Source: a virus
Taxonomy: Duplodnaviria; Caudoviricetes
DNA: 64,000 bases
Strand: one strand, 5' to 3'
Virus record (IMG/VR): IMGVR_UViG_3300037461_000711
Span: 1-64,000 of that record
Shown here: positions 18,243-27,676 of the stretch, in pieces
How positions within the stretch are numbered: position 1 is the first letter of the stretch
How the letters are laid out: every line of letters begins with the position of its first letter
Made by a program: the position numbers and the translations under genes
The notes under the pieces: model-generated
The model's input: the letters and a program-made list of their open reading frames with translations, nothing else
What the model was told of the DNA's origin: nothing
Databases searched by the model: none

Positions 18243-20831
18243 CTATACATGGTAGGGTTCAATTTCGTGCCAAGAGCCACCTACGGGGGCTATCTCGGTT
18301 TCGATTTTGATTGGCACATTAATCCAGTCAAAGGTCTTTGGCATCTGTACTTCTGCAATCTGCTTGACGGTCTTGATTACATGGGGCACCTCCTTTGGGT
18401 GAAAGTCAAAGAGCATCGAATCGTGAATCTCGGCGGGTATTTTCGTTCGCCACTTCTCTTCACGTCGATGGGCGTTCACTTGAATATAAGTCCACAACAA
18501 TAAGTGAAATGCCGTACCTTGAATAGGATAATTCGAAGCCTCATTGTACCCCATGTAATCGGAGTACTTGAAGCCTAAGAACGATTCAAGATAACCGTCA
18601 CGTCGAAAGTCCGCTTGCTGTTGGTCTTTCCATTTCTTGTAGACTTTGAACCTATGCCAGAGGGTGTTCTCGCATTCCTTCAAATGTTCGGTAAATTCAT
18701 CGAGATTGGTTATACCCTTCAATCGCATGTGTTCTTTCAGGGGTTCACCGCTTGTGGTTTCAAGATCAATGCTGTTCTCCCACAAACCCCTGGCACAGTT
18801 GATATAAATAGAACCGTAGAATTGAGGGAATACCCATTGGTTCTTCAAAAAGAACCGAATCATCTTGGATATTTCTTCGGCTGGTAAGAGCCAGATGTCA
18901 CAGGCTGCGTCACGGTGCATATCCCCACCCACGGTGAGGTAGCTAATCATCTTGGGGTCTTTGTGGTAGCAGCAGCCCACGGCGACTTCTATACCGCTGA
19001 AGTCAGCCTCCCCCAATTGGCGACCGATTCGGGCGACAATGCCGCGTCGAACGAGTTCTCTAATATAAATGCTGCGCTTTGGTACGTTCTGAATGTTGGG
19101 GTTTGAAGCGGAACTTCGGTAAGAGGTGGGCCGGTAAAGGTTTATGTTGGGGTAAACAAAGCCGTCAATGGCCCAGTCCAGATAGCCTTGCAGATAAGTC
19201 TTGAGTATTTGAACATCGGAGCGTAGGTCGATGATATGCCGAATGATTTTGTGCTGCTTGGTCAGTCGAGTTAAAACTTCTGAGTCCGTTGCGATCAGAT
19301 CGGTTGCAGTGAATTTTTCGACCGGCACCCGCAGCACGGTTTCAAGTAGATAGCGGAGGTCTTCTGCCCCTACATTCTTTTTGATATTTATAATGCGACC
19401 TTTTTGTTTTCTGAATTTTACAGCGGCGGGGTCACAGAGTATTTTTTTCTTGGTTTCTTCAATGTTCTCTTCTATCTTTTTCTTCTGAGATTGGAACCAT
19501 ACCGTGTTCGTGCGAATACCGGCTCGCTCCATGTCAGAGAGAGCGATGGCCCCTTTCAGAAAGAATTTATGATAAGCGTCAAACAGCCTACCCCCATCAT
19601 CTTTGTCTGCCTTGAACTCTTTGGTCTGCCGCTTCATCAGATGTCGGCCACAGAAAGAGTCCATAGCGTTGTAGGTTAGAAGCTTCTCAAGGGGTATGTC
19701 AAAGACGTGGTTGAACTTGTTCTTGCCTTTTGGTTCAAGAAGTGAGGATACTTCGAGATTGTAGGGCTTGAAGCCAAGCTTCACTAAGGACTGAAACTTC
19801 AGACTGTAGACCGCTCGGCGGTTGTCTAAGACGTGAGCGGCGAGTTGAGTATCCCAATGCCAGTTGACAGGTTCGGCAAAGTGCTTGCAACTCCAGTTGT
19901 TTTCAAACTGGCAGCTATGCGCGGCCTTTTTTATCTTGGGGTCTTTTAAGATTCTGCTCCATAAGTCTTTAACTTGTAATTGTTCGCTTGCCGTCAACAC
20001 GTTCGGGTACTGGTAGGGTATGGCGACCCCCTCAAAGTTGTCACACGAAAACGATATGCTGGCAACCTTGGCCCCCGGCAACATGGGTTTAAGACAATTC
20101 GTTTCATAGTCGAAATAGAGTACAGGGGGCTTGCTATCTAAAATCAACTCAAGTATTCGATGGATTCTTTCAAAGTCGGTTACAACGTCAAGTGTTGGTA
20201 TGAGGGGCTTGAAGGGTGGGTCTTGCAAATGCGACACAGCGAAAGATAAATCGTGTATGTAAGTGGATTGCAAATTCTGATCGTTTTCTTGCCGCACCAG
20301 ATACGAGGGGTGAAACAGGGGTAGAATATAAGCTCCCCATTCGGGGTCTGGTATTTGGTGTCTTCTCCACTTGCCGATTGCCAACATGGTGGAGTCAAAG
20401 TATCTGCCGTAGAAACTTTCGATAGCGACTCCACCCATTAGCCAGATGTGTTCGGGTTTCAACTTTTTAATGAGAGCTTCGATGCGGGGTCGGCAGTATT
20501 GAATCTCTTGCGGAGTTGGCTTTCGGTTGTTGCCTTTGGGGTCGGTGGGTCGGCAGCAGACCGAGTTGGTCTTGTAGAAGTCATCATCCAACGACAGGTC
20601 GAATGCGGCCAGTTTCTTTCTAAACCATTGGCCGATCTTGCCTACGAGTTGTCGGCCAAGATTGTCTTCATCTTCCCCAGGGGCTTCGGCAATAATGAGG
20701 CATTTCTTCTTGCCGTTGCCGGTGTATTCCATCTTCGGGTGCTTGCAGCGTTTGTATAACCCGCACTTCAGACAGTTGACATCGGGGTTGAAGTCTTTGG
20801 TGGCGCAGTTATATTCCTGATTGAAGAGCAT
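18243..20831 (-). CDS. polA: family A DNA polymerase with N-terminal family-4 uracil-DNA-glycosylase domain and 3'-5' exonuclease
   Basis: UDG4: C..C, EAPG, CRP..NRKP, HPSY; exo: FDYET; pol motifs DFSGIE, KNQWVFPQFYG, IHDS. Confidence 0.93.
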   Translation of the reverse strand: MLFNQEYNCATKDFNPDVNCLKCGLYKRCKHPKMEYTGNGKKKCLIIAEAPGEDEDNLGRQLVGKIGQWFRKKLAAFDLSLDDDFYKTNSVCCRPTDPKGNNRKPTPQEIQYCRPRIEALIKKLKPEHIWLMGGVAIESFYGRYFDSTMLAIGKWRRHQIPDPEWGAYILPLFHPSYLVRQENDQNLQSTYIHDLSFAVSHLQDPPFKPLIPTLDVVTDFERIHRILELILDSKPPVLYFDYETNCLKPMLPGAKVASISFSCDNFEGVAIPYQYPNVLTASEQLQVKDLWSRILKDPKIKKAAHSCQFENNWSCKHFAEPVNWHWDTQLAAHVLDNRRAVYSLKFQSLVKLGFKPYNLEVSSLLEPKGKNKFNHVFDIPLEKLLTYNAMDSFCGRHLMKRQTKEFKADKDDGGRLFDAYHKFFLKGAIALSDMERAGIRTNTVWFQSQKKKIEENIEETKKKILCDPAAVKFRKQKGRIINIKKNVGAEDLRYLLETVLRVPVEKFTATDLIATDSEVLTRLTKQHKIIRHIIDLRSDVQILKTYLQGYLDWAIDGFVYPNINLYRPTSYRSSASNPNIQNVPKRSIYIRELVRRGIVARIGRQLGEADFSGIEVAVGCCYHKDPKMISYLTVGGDMHRDAACDIWLLPAEEISKMIRFFLKNQWVFPQFYGSIYINCARGLWENSIDLETTSGEPLKEHMRLKGITNLDEFTEHLKECENTLWHRFKVYKKWKDQQQADFRRDGYLESFLGFKYSDYMGYNEASNYPIQGTAFHLLLWTYIQVNAHRREEKWRTKIPAEIHDSMLFDFHPKEVPHVIKTVKQIAEVQMPKTFDWINVPIKIETEIAPVGGSWHEIEPYHV

Positions 20832-20835
20832 AAGG

Positions 20836-21903
20836 CTACACCATCAAAGCGATTATGTGTCTGAAGTTGTGGACCTTGAAGAGTGCCAGAGGTACGTTGT
20901 CGTTGCCCTTTTTGACATTGACGATTTGAAGTTCCTTACAACCGAGTTTAATGATTTCGGCCAACATGATCGGGTTGATGTTGAAACTAAAATCGGTAGC
21001 TGAATCGACGGTGTTGATAACATCCTTTAGTTTCTTTGAAATAATACCTCTCGTGCCAGAGGCATTTATACTCATTTGGCCGTCTGCGACTTTTATGTTG
21101 ATGGTTTTTTGATCCTGTTCATCGGTGAAGAGTTTGACAAACCCGATTGAATCCAACACCCCATCGGGCAATGATATTCTGTATTTGGGTTTTGCGTTTG
21201 AAAACAGGTCGAGAGCATCTTCAACAGGGTAATCTCCCTCAAAGCGTCTGACAGAATACACCAGACCGTCTTTTGATTCGAAAAAATGAATCCACGCTCT
21301 GGTGAGGCAGTAGAGTTTTGGGGTGTAGTTTAGAAGATCGTTCACCACAGAGGCTTTCACCATGAAGCTTTCAGATTTGATAGGGGCTTTCATGGTGTAA
21401 AGGCTCAATCGGCTTCTATCGGTTGAGAGCACCTTGTCATCGACAATCTTGATACAGGTCAGCGCCCCGCCAATGTCTTTCACGAAAGCCGAGAACCGGC
21501 ACAAATCCAAAGCTGTCATCAGGTCTTCGGGTAGGTTGTAAAATTTGGTCTGGCTTTTTATTTCGTTCAGAACGGACTTTAGAATCTCGTTGATTTCGCT
21601 ACCCTCACCTATCGTAAAGCTGGCGGCGACCCCTGCGGTGTTGAACTTCAATCGACCGTCTTTTAGCTCCACCTTTACCTTTTCGGTGTCGAGCTTATTT
21701 AGAAGATTGTAAAGTGTCTGGGCGTGAACCGAGCATTCGAAGTCGGTCAAGAATGGAAGTCTCACGAATACTTGGTCGTTGTACGTTAGAATTTCTTTGC
21801 CGGTGAAGTGGAACATCGTCATCTGATCGACCAGACCTTTTTTGTCCACGCCGGGCATCATCTTCAATAATGCTTCGATAAACTTCTTGCGCTCGAATAT
21901 CAT
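20836..21903 (-). CDS. dnaN: DNA polymerase III beta-type sliding clamp
   Basis: About 355 aa three-domain pattern, STDRSRL, FEGDYP; AGGAG RBS before ATG 21903. Confidence 0.75.
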   Translation of the reverse strand: MIFERKKFIEALLKMMPGVDKKGLVDQMTMFHFTGKEILTYNDQVFVRLPFLTDFECSVHAQTLYNLLNKLDTEKVKVELKDGRLKFNTAGVAASFTIGEGSEINEILKSVLNEIKSQTKFYNLPEDLMTALDLCRFSAFVKDIGGALTCIKIVDDKVLSTDRSRLSLYTMKAPIKSESFMVKASVVNDLLNYTPKLYCLTRAWIHFFESKDGLVYSVRRFEGDYPVEDALDLFSNAKPKYRISLPDGVLDSIGFVKLFTDEQDQKTINIKVADGQMSINASGTRGIISKKLKDVINTVDSATDFSFNINPIMLAEIIKLGCKELQIVNVKKGNDNVPLALFKVHNFRHIIALMV

Positions 21904-22165
21904 TTCTCGTTTTCTCCTGTAGAGAGATTTCTCTGCATCGGGTGACATATTTCATTGAGAATATGAACACCACGGCAAAGATTAGAAGTAGGGCATTAAA
22001 GTCCTCCGAGGGGATAGAAACCCCAAACCCTGTGCCAAAGATTGTGTAGTTAAAGGTTATCATTTCCCTCACCCATTATCTGTTTGAGTTTGTTTTTCAA
22101 TTGCCTGATTTCGTATTCATGACAGACGAACAGAAAAACCAGCAGAAAGACACACAAGATTTCCA

Positions 22166-23332
22166 TTATAGCAACCTACCTTTCGGGTTGAGTTCTTCGT
22201 GGGCAACTTCGCCAAGGGTTCGATAGCGCCTTGAATCAGAGGAATAGCTGAAGGTGTTTATCACCACCTTTTTCATTTCTTCGCTCTCGTGCTTGAACTT
22301 GCCGAAGTAACGAACACGCTTGTTCTCCCCCCAGATTTTATAGTTTCTCAAAACCTCTGTGCCGCAGCACTCACAACCGGCACCGAGTTTGCCCATGTAA
22401 TTGTCGGCCACGAAACACTTAATATTGTTTTTTTCGGCCAAGTCAATAGCTAAATCAATGTACTCTCGCTTTCTGTTTTTAGTGATTTCGTAGTCCGAGC
22501 CTACCTGTACACCTCTCATTCGATAATACTTTCTTATTCCAAGGCCCAAGAACTCATCGTCCCCCACGTACTTGCCGATCTGCTCGAAAATCTTTTGCTC
22601 ATGGGGGTTCATCGACACCCGCACTTTCAGCCCTTCGACGTTGAATGCCCAGGCACCGTGATCCTTAAACGCTTTTACGAGGTCGGGCAAGTCTTTCAGA
22701 ATCTTGGGGTAGATGGCGGGTTGAACTTTGCACATGACATTTCTGCCTTGAGAGACTAATCGTTCCACAGCTTTCAGGCGTATGCGAGGGGGTGGGGCAT
22801 TGGGTTCACACGTTCGAACAAAGCGTTCGTCCAGACTGATGATCGTGGCAGAAACGGCCCAATTGGGGTTTTCAAAATCCGGCGAGTACCGGGCCAGCAT
22901 TGATGGATTCTTGGTCAGTATTTGAACGGGGTAATCATGCTCATGTAGGGCTTTGAGCATGTCGTAGGTAATGCGGTACTTGTACTCTATTGAGGGGAAT
23001 GGGTCTGCAATACCACCAAGTTTGAGGGGCAAGCGTTCCAGCAGGGCAACCTCTGCCCCCCTCTGGTAGTTGTACTCGTTTGTCTGAATAACCCGGTCAA
23101 GCCATGCCTTGAACTTAACCGGGTCATTCATTTCGATGTACGAGAACTTTTTGTTACCCTCTTCAGGGTTATTTCTTCGGCTGTACTCCACAAAGTAGCG
23201 AGCAAAACAATAATTACATCCATTAGAGCAACCGTTGTAACTATCCACCCTGAAGGGTATGGGGCAGACCGGGTACTGAGAAGTCAGCACCGGGGGGAAG
23301 AACCTCTGCCTCTCACCCGTTTTGCGGCTCAT
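22166..23332 (-). CDS. radical SAM protein (SPL-like)
   Basis: DSYNGCSNGCNYCFA CxxxCxxC, DPFP, LTKNP, EPNAP..RLKA motifs. Confidence 0.85.
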   Translation of the reverse strand: MSRKTGERQRFFPPVLTSQYPVCPIPFRVDSYNGCSNGCNYCFARYFVEYSRRNNPEEGNKKFSYIEMNDPVKFKAWLDRVIQTNEYNYQRGAEVALLERLPLKLGGIADPFPSIEYKYRITYDMLKALHEHDYPVQILTKNPSMLARYSPDFENPNWAVSATIISLDERFVRTCEPNAPPPRIRLKAVERLVSQGRNVMCKVQPAIYPKILKDLPDLVKAFKDHGAWAFNVEGLKVRVSMNPHEQKIFEQIGKYVGDDEFLGLGIRKYYRMRGVQVGSDYEITKNRKREYIDLAIDLAEKNNIKCFVADNYMGKLGAGCECCGTEVLRNYKIWGENKRVRYFGKFKHESEEMKKVVINTFSYSSDSRRYRTLGEVAHEELNPKGRLL

Positions 23333-23636
23333 CGGCGGCTTCCTCTACCTGAATGTCCACGTCTTCGAGAACTCTTGGGGGTTTTTTCTCTATTGGCTTT
23401 GGTATTTCCCCAAATCGGTCAATTAGTTTTGGGTGAGGTGGATGATCTTTCAAATGCACTCGCAAGCCGAAACTCAAGGAGCCGGTTGCAATCATGGGGC
23501 CAGTGTAGTTGATAACCCCGATTGAATTCAGATGTTGTTCACAGGCGAATTCGGCGGTTTCGGCAACTTCATCCGTAACTTTCACCTGTGGCCCGAACGT
23601 CAGAATGATTTCAGCGGGTATTCGCAAGGTTTTCAT
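23313..23636 (-). CDS. hypothetical protein
   Basis: Coupled ORF, ATGA overlap with upstream stop. Confidence 0.6.
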   Translation of the reverse strand: MKTLRIPAEIILTFGPQVKVTDEVAETAEFACEQHLNSIGVINYTGPMIATGSLSFGLRVHLKDHPPHPKLIDRFGEIPKPIEKKPPRVLEDVDIQVEEAADEPQNG

Positions 23637-24802
23637 TTGGTCTCCCCCCAAACCTTTTTACCCTGCGGGGTGAGGGTCAGAATGTGGTTGTCGTTGCGGT
23701 TCATGTAGCCCATCGCCACGAGCTTCTTGACGGTCTTGGGGTGCTTGCCCAGACCGGCCTTGACGATATCCCCCATCGTGCAGGGCTTCTTGGCGACCAT
23801 TGTGACGAACGAGTGGGTGAGCGACCCCATCAGAAAACCAAAGGGGTCTTTGCCCTCCCCTTTCGTGCGGGGGGCTTTGGCCTTTTTCTCAGGCTTCACA
23901 GCGGCCTTTTTTTCGGGCTTTTTCGGTTCGGGGGTGGTCTTGGCCTTGGCCGGGGCTTTTTTCTCTACCTTGGCCTTTAGAACCGGCTTTTTGACGGCTT
24001 TGGCGGTGGCTTTCGCAGCCGGTTTTGTGGTTTCTGCGGGGGCGGGGCAAGCCGATTCGAGCAGTTTCTTGACTTTGGCCTTCCAGACCGTGACGCTTTC
24101 GTTGTTCTTGAGTTTGATGTTGAGATTGTTGGTGGCGACAAAGGCTTTCACTTCGGGTTTCTTGGTGAGTGATTGCAACTGTTCGAGCATTGTGGGTTCC
24201 TCCTTCGGGGGGTTGGTTTCTTTCCTACCTATTTCGGAATTTTTTTTTGCTACGGCTTTCGGTGCCGGTCCTTTGGGTTGGGTTTTTTTGGCCGGGGGTG
24301 GCGGCGGGGCTTTTTTCTTGGTAGTGCCCACGGGCCGACCACGACCACGCTTTTTGGGGGCTGTGGGTTTATCGTCTTCTTCTTCGAGTTCTTCAAGCTC
24401 CTCCTCTTCGTCTAAGGTTTCTTCTTCGTCTTCGCCGGGTAGTTCCTCTTCAGGGTCGAGTTCGTCGAGTTCTTCAACCTCCTCTTCTTCGGTGGGGGTT
24501 TCTTCATCGAGGGGTTCGGTTTCTTCAACCGGGTCTTCTGTCTCTTCTTCGGCCTTGCCCCCCGCCTTTACCTCCACATCTTTGTACCCTGCCGATTCGT
24601 CAGCGAAGAGGTCATTGAAAAAATCGACGGTCGATTCGGGCAAGCCTTCCCCCTGCTCGTTCAGCACTTCAACGCCTCCCGCAAAGGCTTCGGCCAATTG
24701 GGTGATGCTGCCCTTGGTCTTGATTTTGAGATTGAATGTCTCGTTGAGTTGTTTGATTTCAGCCAGCAATTGTTTCTGATTGATTTGTGACTCTGGTTTC
24801 AT
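23633..24802 (-). CDS. acidic/basic low-complexity DNA-binding protein with AT-hook (nucleoid-like)
   Basis: Glu-rich tract, KKRGRGRPVG AT-hook, Lys/Ala/Pro-rich repeats, C-terminal domain similar to ORF 40359..40835. Confidence 0.65.
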   Translation of the reverse strand: MKPESQINQKQLLAEIKQLNETFNLKIKTKGSITQLAEAFAGGVEVLNEQGEGLPESTVDFFNDLFADESAGYKDVEVKAGGKAEEETEDPVEETEPLDEETPTEEEEVEELDELDPEEELPGEDEEETLDEEEELEELEEEDDKPTAPKKRGRGRPVGTTKKKAPPPPPAKKTQPKGPAPKAVAKKNSEIGRKETNPPKEEPTMLEQLQSLTKKPEVKAFVATNNLNIKLKNNESVTVWKAKVKKLLESACPAPAETTKPAAKATAKAVKKPVLKAKVEKKAPAKAKTTPEPKKPEKKAAVKPEKKAKAPRTKGEGKDPFGFLMGSLTHSFVTMVAKKPCTMGDIVKAGLGKHPKTVKKLVAMGYMNRNDNHILTLTPQGKKVWGETK

Positions 24803-26347
24803 TCACTCACCTCCATCTTGTGGGATTGCTCGCACAGAATCAAGATGCACTTGTGCGGTTTTAAGGTTTTGCAGAACAAGGCATGAGTCGATTTCGTGAA
24901 ATTCGTTGTGGCGATGCTCAAGAACCGAAATTCGCATGACCCCCATTTTCTTTTCTTGTGGGGTTTGGTTGATTGCCAGCATCATATCCACATGACCTAA
25001 CTTGCCAGACCACCGGGCGGTGTGCTTGACTTTGATGCTGTGGGCTTCGAGTCCATCTTTGGTGATCTGGGTAGGGGTAATAACCAGACTGCGCTTCTCA
25101 CCGGCAAGCTGAGACAGGGCAATCCAGGTGCGATCTTCTTTCTCGTACCCTTCGAGGGCAGAACCGTCTTCGGGCTTGAGAATATCCGCGTAGTCAACAA
25201 TAATAATGTCGGGCACCCACCCATCTTTTTGTTCCAGTAGTCGTAGATCGTTTTTGATGTCTTGAATGTTTGCCGTGAACCGGGGGTATGACTTGAAGCG
25301 AAAACGGTTTTTGAAATACCGTTCAAACTTCAACCGTGCTGCCGACACCGTTTGCTCGTTGTAGGGGATCACGGCTTGTACTTTTTCGAACCACGTAGCC
25401 GGTTCATAGTGCTGAAAAAAGTTACGGTGCTCTTTGCAGAACGTGCAGACTTTATAACGTGAATTCCTTCGTAAGTCAATAGGCTCCCCGGCTTGCCAAT
25501 CAAGAGCGATGTTATTGGTTCGTCTGGCAAAGGCACATTCATCCCTCTGGTTCTTGCCGCAATCGAACACCGGGTTCACAATGCCGTTTTGCTCGGTGGT
25601 TGCGGCCATGAGCCGCTTGAAGATGCGCTCGTACATTCCTTTTTCGGTCATCTCAAGCGAAAAGAACGCCACGTTGAGATGAGAGAGCATACCGATTATG
25701 CCGAACTCCATAGCGCACCACGTCTTGCCGGTCTTATACGCCCCCATGATGCCGACAAGCCAGCCGCGTTCCATCAACCCAAGAAAACTGCCCAACTCAC
25801 CGGGCATTTTAAAAATCAGGTTTTCATTGGCTGTGAATTGTTTTTGCATAAGTGCCTCATCGAATAAATCGTGAACGTCAGAGAAGCGTTGCTCCACCTT
25901 TACGCACTCGGCCCATACTTTTTCGGCTTCGGGTACATCCCCCCTTTCAAGATGATAGAGAATATTGTGAGCGGTGATTTCGAGTTCCCTCTTCTTGAAG
26001 AATTTAATGGTTTCTTGCACAAGGTAAGGAGTGTTGCTTTCAGCCCCCTTGGTAGCGATTCGGCTGAAGATGTCATCCACCAATTGAAGGTAGTTTTCGT
26101 ATTCGTCTGGTTTCAGCTTGGGCTTGTGGGCTTCGATGGCAATTTTTATTCCATCGTTAATGGCCGATTCGAACCGGCTGTAGTGCTCAACGGCCCACTT
26201 GACGATCTTCTGATGAAGTGGATTCTTGAAATACCCAAGGTCTATAACGTGCTGAACATCGCGGATAAATTCTGGGTTGGTCAGAGCGGCGGCAACTATC
26301 CTACTCTCTAAGGCACTATCAATCTTCTCTATGTTGAACCGGGCCAT
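24803..26347 (-). CDS. dnaB: DnaB-like replicative helicase
   Basis: Walker A GAYKTGKT, FFSLEM, IIVDYADIL, TPTQ motifs. Confidence 0.9.
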   Translation of the reverse strand: MARFNIEKIDSALESRIVAAALTNPEFIRDVQHVIDLGYFKNPLHQKIVKWAVEHYSRFESAINDGIKIAIEAHKPKLKPDEYENYLQLVDDIFSRIATKGAESNTPYLVQETIKFFKKRELEITAHNILYHLERGDVPEAEKVWAECVKVEQRFSDVHDLFDEALMQKQFTANENLIFKMPGELGSFLGLMERGWLVGIMGAYKTGKTWCAMEFGIIGMLSHLNVAFFSLEMTEKGMYERIFKRLMAATTEQNGIVNPVFDCGKNQRDECAFARRTNNIALDWQAGEPIDLRRNSRYKVCTFCKEHRNFFQHYEPATWFEKVQAVIPYNEQTVSAARLKFERYFKNRFRFKSYPRFTANIQDIKNDLRLLEQKDGWVPDIIIVDYADILKPEDGSALEGYEKEDRTWIALSQLAGEKRSLVITPTQITKDGLEAHSIKVKHTARWSGKLGHVDMMLAINQTPQEKKMGVMRISVLEHRHNEFHEIDSCLVLQNLKTAQVHLDSVRAIPQDGGE

Positions 26348-26350
26348 TTT

Positions 26351-27220
26351 TTACCTGAGAGTTTCGATTTTATTCAGAGGTTTTTCGACGGTGTTAGGGG
26401 AGCGATAAAAACCCTGATCTCTAAGCCAAACATCTAATTTTGTAAAAGTGACATCGTTCGCCAGCCAGTGAGGTTCGAATATTGCCCAATTCTTGGAGGT
26501 CTTGCAAACGCACATCATGCCGTACACGGCACGTTCGGGGTTCTTGATGCTGAGTCGCATGGCGGGTTGAAAATATTTTTCGTGCTTGACCAAGTATTCG
26601 TGCAATCGGTTTGAGGTTTTGATGAAAGCGGCTTCGTGTTCGAGTCCTATATCTTTGTCTGATGCCGTGTGCCCCCATTTTTCTGCGGCAAAATAATTTT
26701 TTATCATGCGGGTCAGATAGGAGTTTAATTCTTTGTAGAGGGTCTTTGGCGGGTCTTGGTAAATTTTTAGGTAACTCGTGCCGGTGTATTTATCGTAGAT
26801 GAAGTGGGGGATATCGAGTGATCTTAATTTCTTTACCTGTTTGCCGCTTTTGATTGGCATGAATTCGGGGTCGTATGCAGCAAGCAGCAGATGGCTTACG
26901 GCTTTCATAATTTGGTCTGATGAATATTTTTGAACGTGAAGATGGTTCCCCTTCATGACGGCAATTAATTCAGACAAGGCTTTTTCGTGGGCATTTAATT
27001 TATTTTTTCGGCGGGGTGCTCTCAACCCTTTGCCGTCTTTGGTCTTGGTGGATTCCCAGAAATGAATTATTCGCCAAGCATATAATTCATGTCGGCTTTT
27101 TGGGGTTTCGATTATTTCATCTTCTGGGTACAGGGTGGATTCGAATTTCGGGTGTTGAAATAAAAATAACAAATTCGGTTTCGAGGGGATCAACGGTTCG
27201 GTTTTCATACCAATCTCCAC
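26351..27220 (-). CDS. hypothetical replication-module protein (initiator/loader candidate)
   Basis: Lies between origin-like element and helicase; no recognised motif. Confidence 0.6.
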   Translation of the reverse strand: MEIGMKTEPLIPSKPNLLFLFQHPKFESTLYPEDEIIETPKSRHELYAWRIIHFWESTKTKDGKGLRAPRRKNKLNAHEKALSELIAVMKGNHLHVQKYSSDQIMKAVSHLLLAAYDPEFMPIKSGKQVKKLRSLDIPHFIYDKYTGTSYLKIYQDPPKTLYKELNSYLTRMIKNYFAAEKWGHTASDKDIGLEHEAAFIKTSNRLHEYLVKHEKYFQPAMRLSIKNPERAVYGMMCVCKTSKNWAIFEPHWLANDVTFTKLDVWLRDQGFYRSPNTVEKPLNKIETLR

Positions 27221-27259
27221 TCAGCGATTTTCGTGCAGAACAAGGTTTGGTTTCTGTGG

Positions 27260-27343
27260 AATGCTAGAGTACCTACTTCGTAGGTACTAGAATATCTAGA
27301 ATATAATATAGAAAATAATTTACGAAGTAAATTATCTAGCATT
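27260..27343. other. symmetric double-hairpin AT-rich element, putative replication origin
   Basis: AATGCTAG + 9-bp hairpin (loop TTC), 26-nt AT-rich spacer, 9-bp hairpin (loop GAA) + CTAGCATT. Confidence 0.4.
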
Positions 27344-27424
27344 TCGAAAAACCACGAAGGACATTGATTAAGAGGGGAACCATACGACCCATATTGATGA
27401 GAAAAAGAAACCGTGGGCTTGTTG

Positions 27425-27472
27425 ATAGAAAAAGAAAACCCCGGTCTGATCGGGGGATCAGAACCGGGGTTT
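27425..27472 (-). terminator. intrinsic-terminator-like hairpin
   Basis: 16-bp stem with one bulge (27436..27472) followed on the minus strand by TTCTTTTT. Confidence 0.55.
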
Positions 27473-27640
27473 GATGCTTTGGGGGGGCAAGCTGCCAGGC
27501 TTACGGGACCCGCACCCAAAGAATTAAAACGCAAATTGTCTGATGTCGTGTTATTCATTCTGGCAACTTTCTTGCCCGTTTGCTTAACCCAACAAGCTTT
27601 CGCTTGCCCCCAAAAAGGGTTAAGTCTTGGCTTGGTAGAG

Positions 27641-27669
27641 AATATAATTCATGCGCGTTTAAATGTCAA
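27641..27669 (-). promoter_or_regulatory. sigma70-type promoter
   Basis: TTGACA-17-TATATT. Confidence 0.65.
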
Positions 27670-27676
27670 GGGGTTT

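Noticed and set aside
18243-20831. 2-aminoadenine (DpoZ) or deazaguanine DNA-modification system
   Set aside because: No purZ, datZ, dpdA, folE or queCDE genes are recognisable in the window.
21695-22072. 125-aa minus-strand ORF
   Set aside because: Overlaps dnaN by about 200 nt in another frame; at most its 5' part could be a small membrane peptide.
23727-24779. 350-aa plus-strand ORF
   Set aside because: Antisense shadow of the low-complexity gene 23633..24802. Same explanation for 15889..16815, 60962..61633 and most other opposite-strand ORFs in the track.
24803-26347. Intein in DnaB or PolA
   Set aside because: No C/S...HN-C/S/T splice-junction pattern or homing-endonuclease motif seen, and lengths are ordinary.
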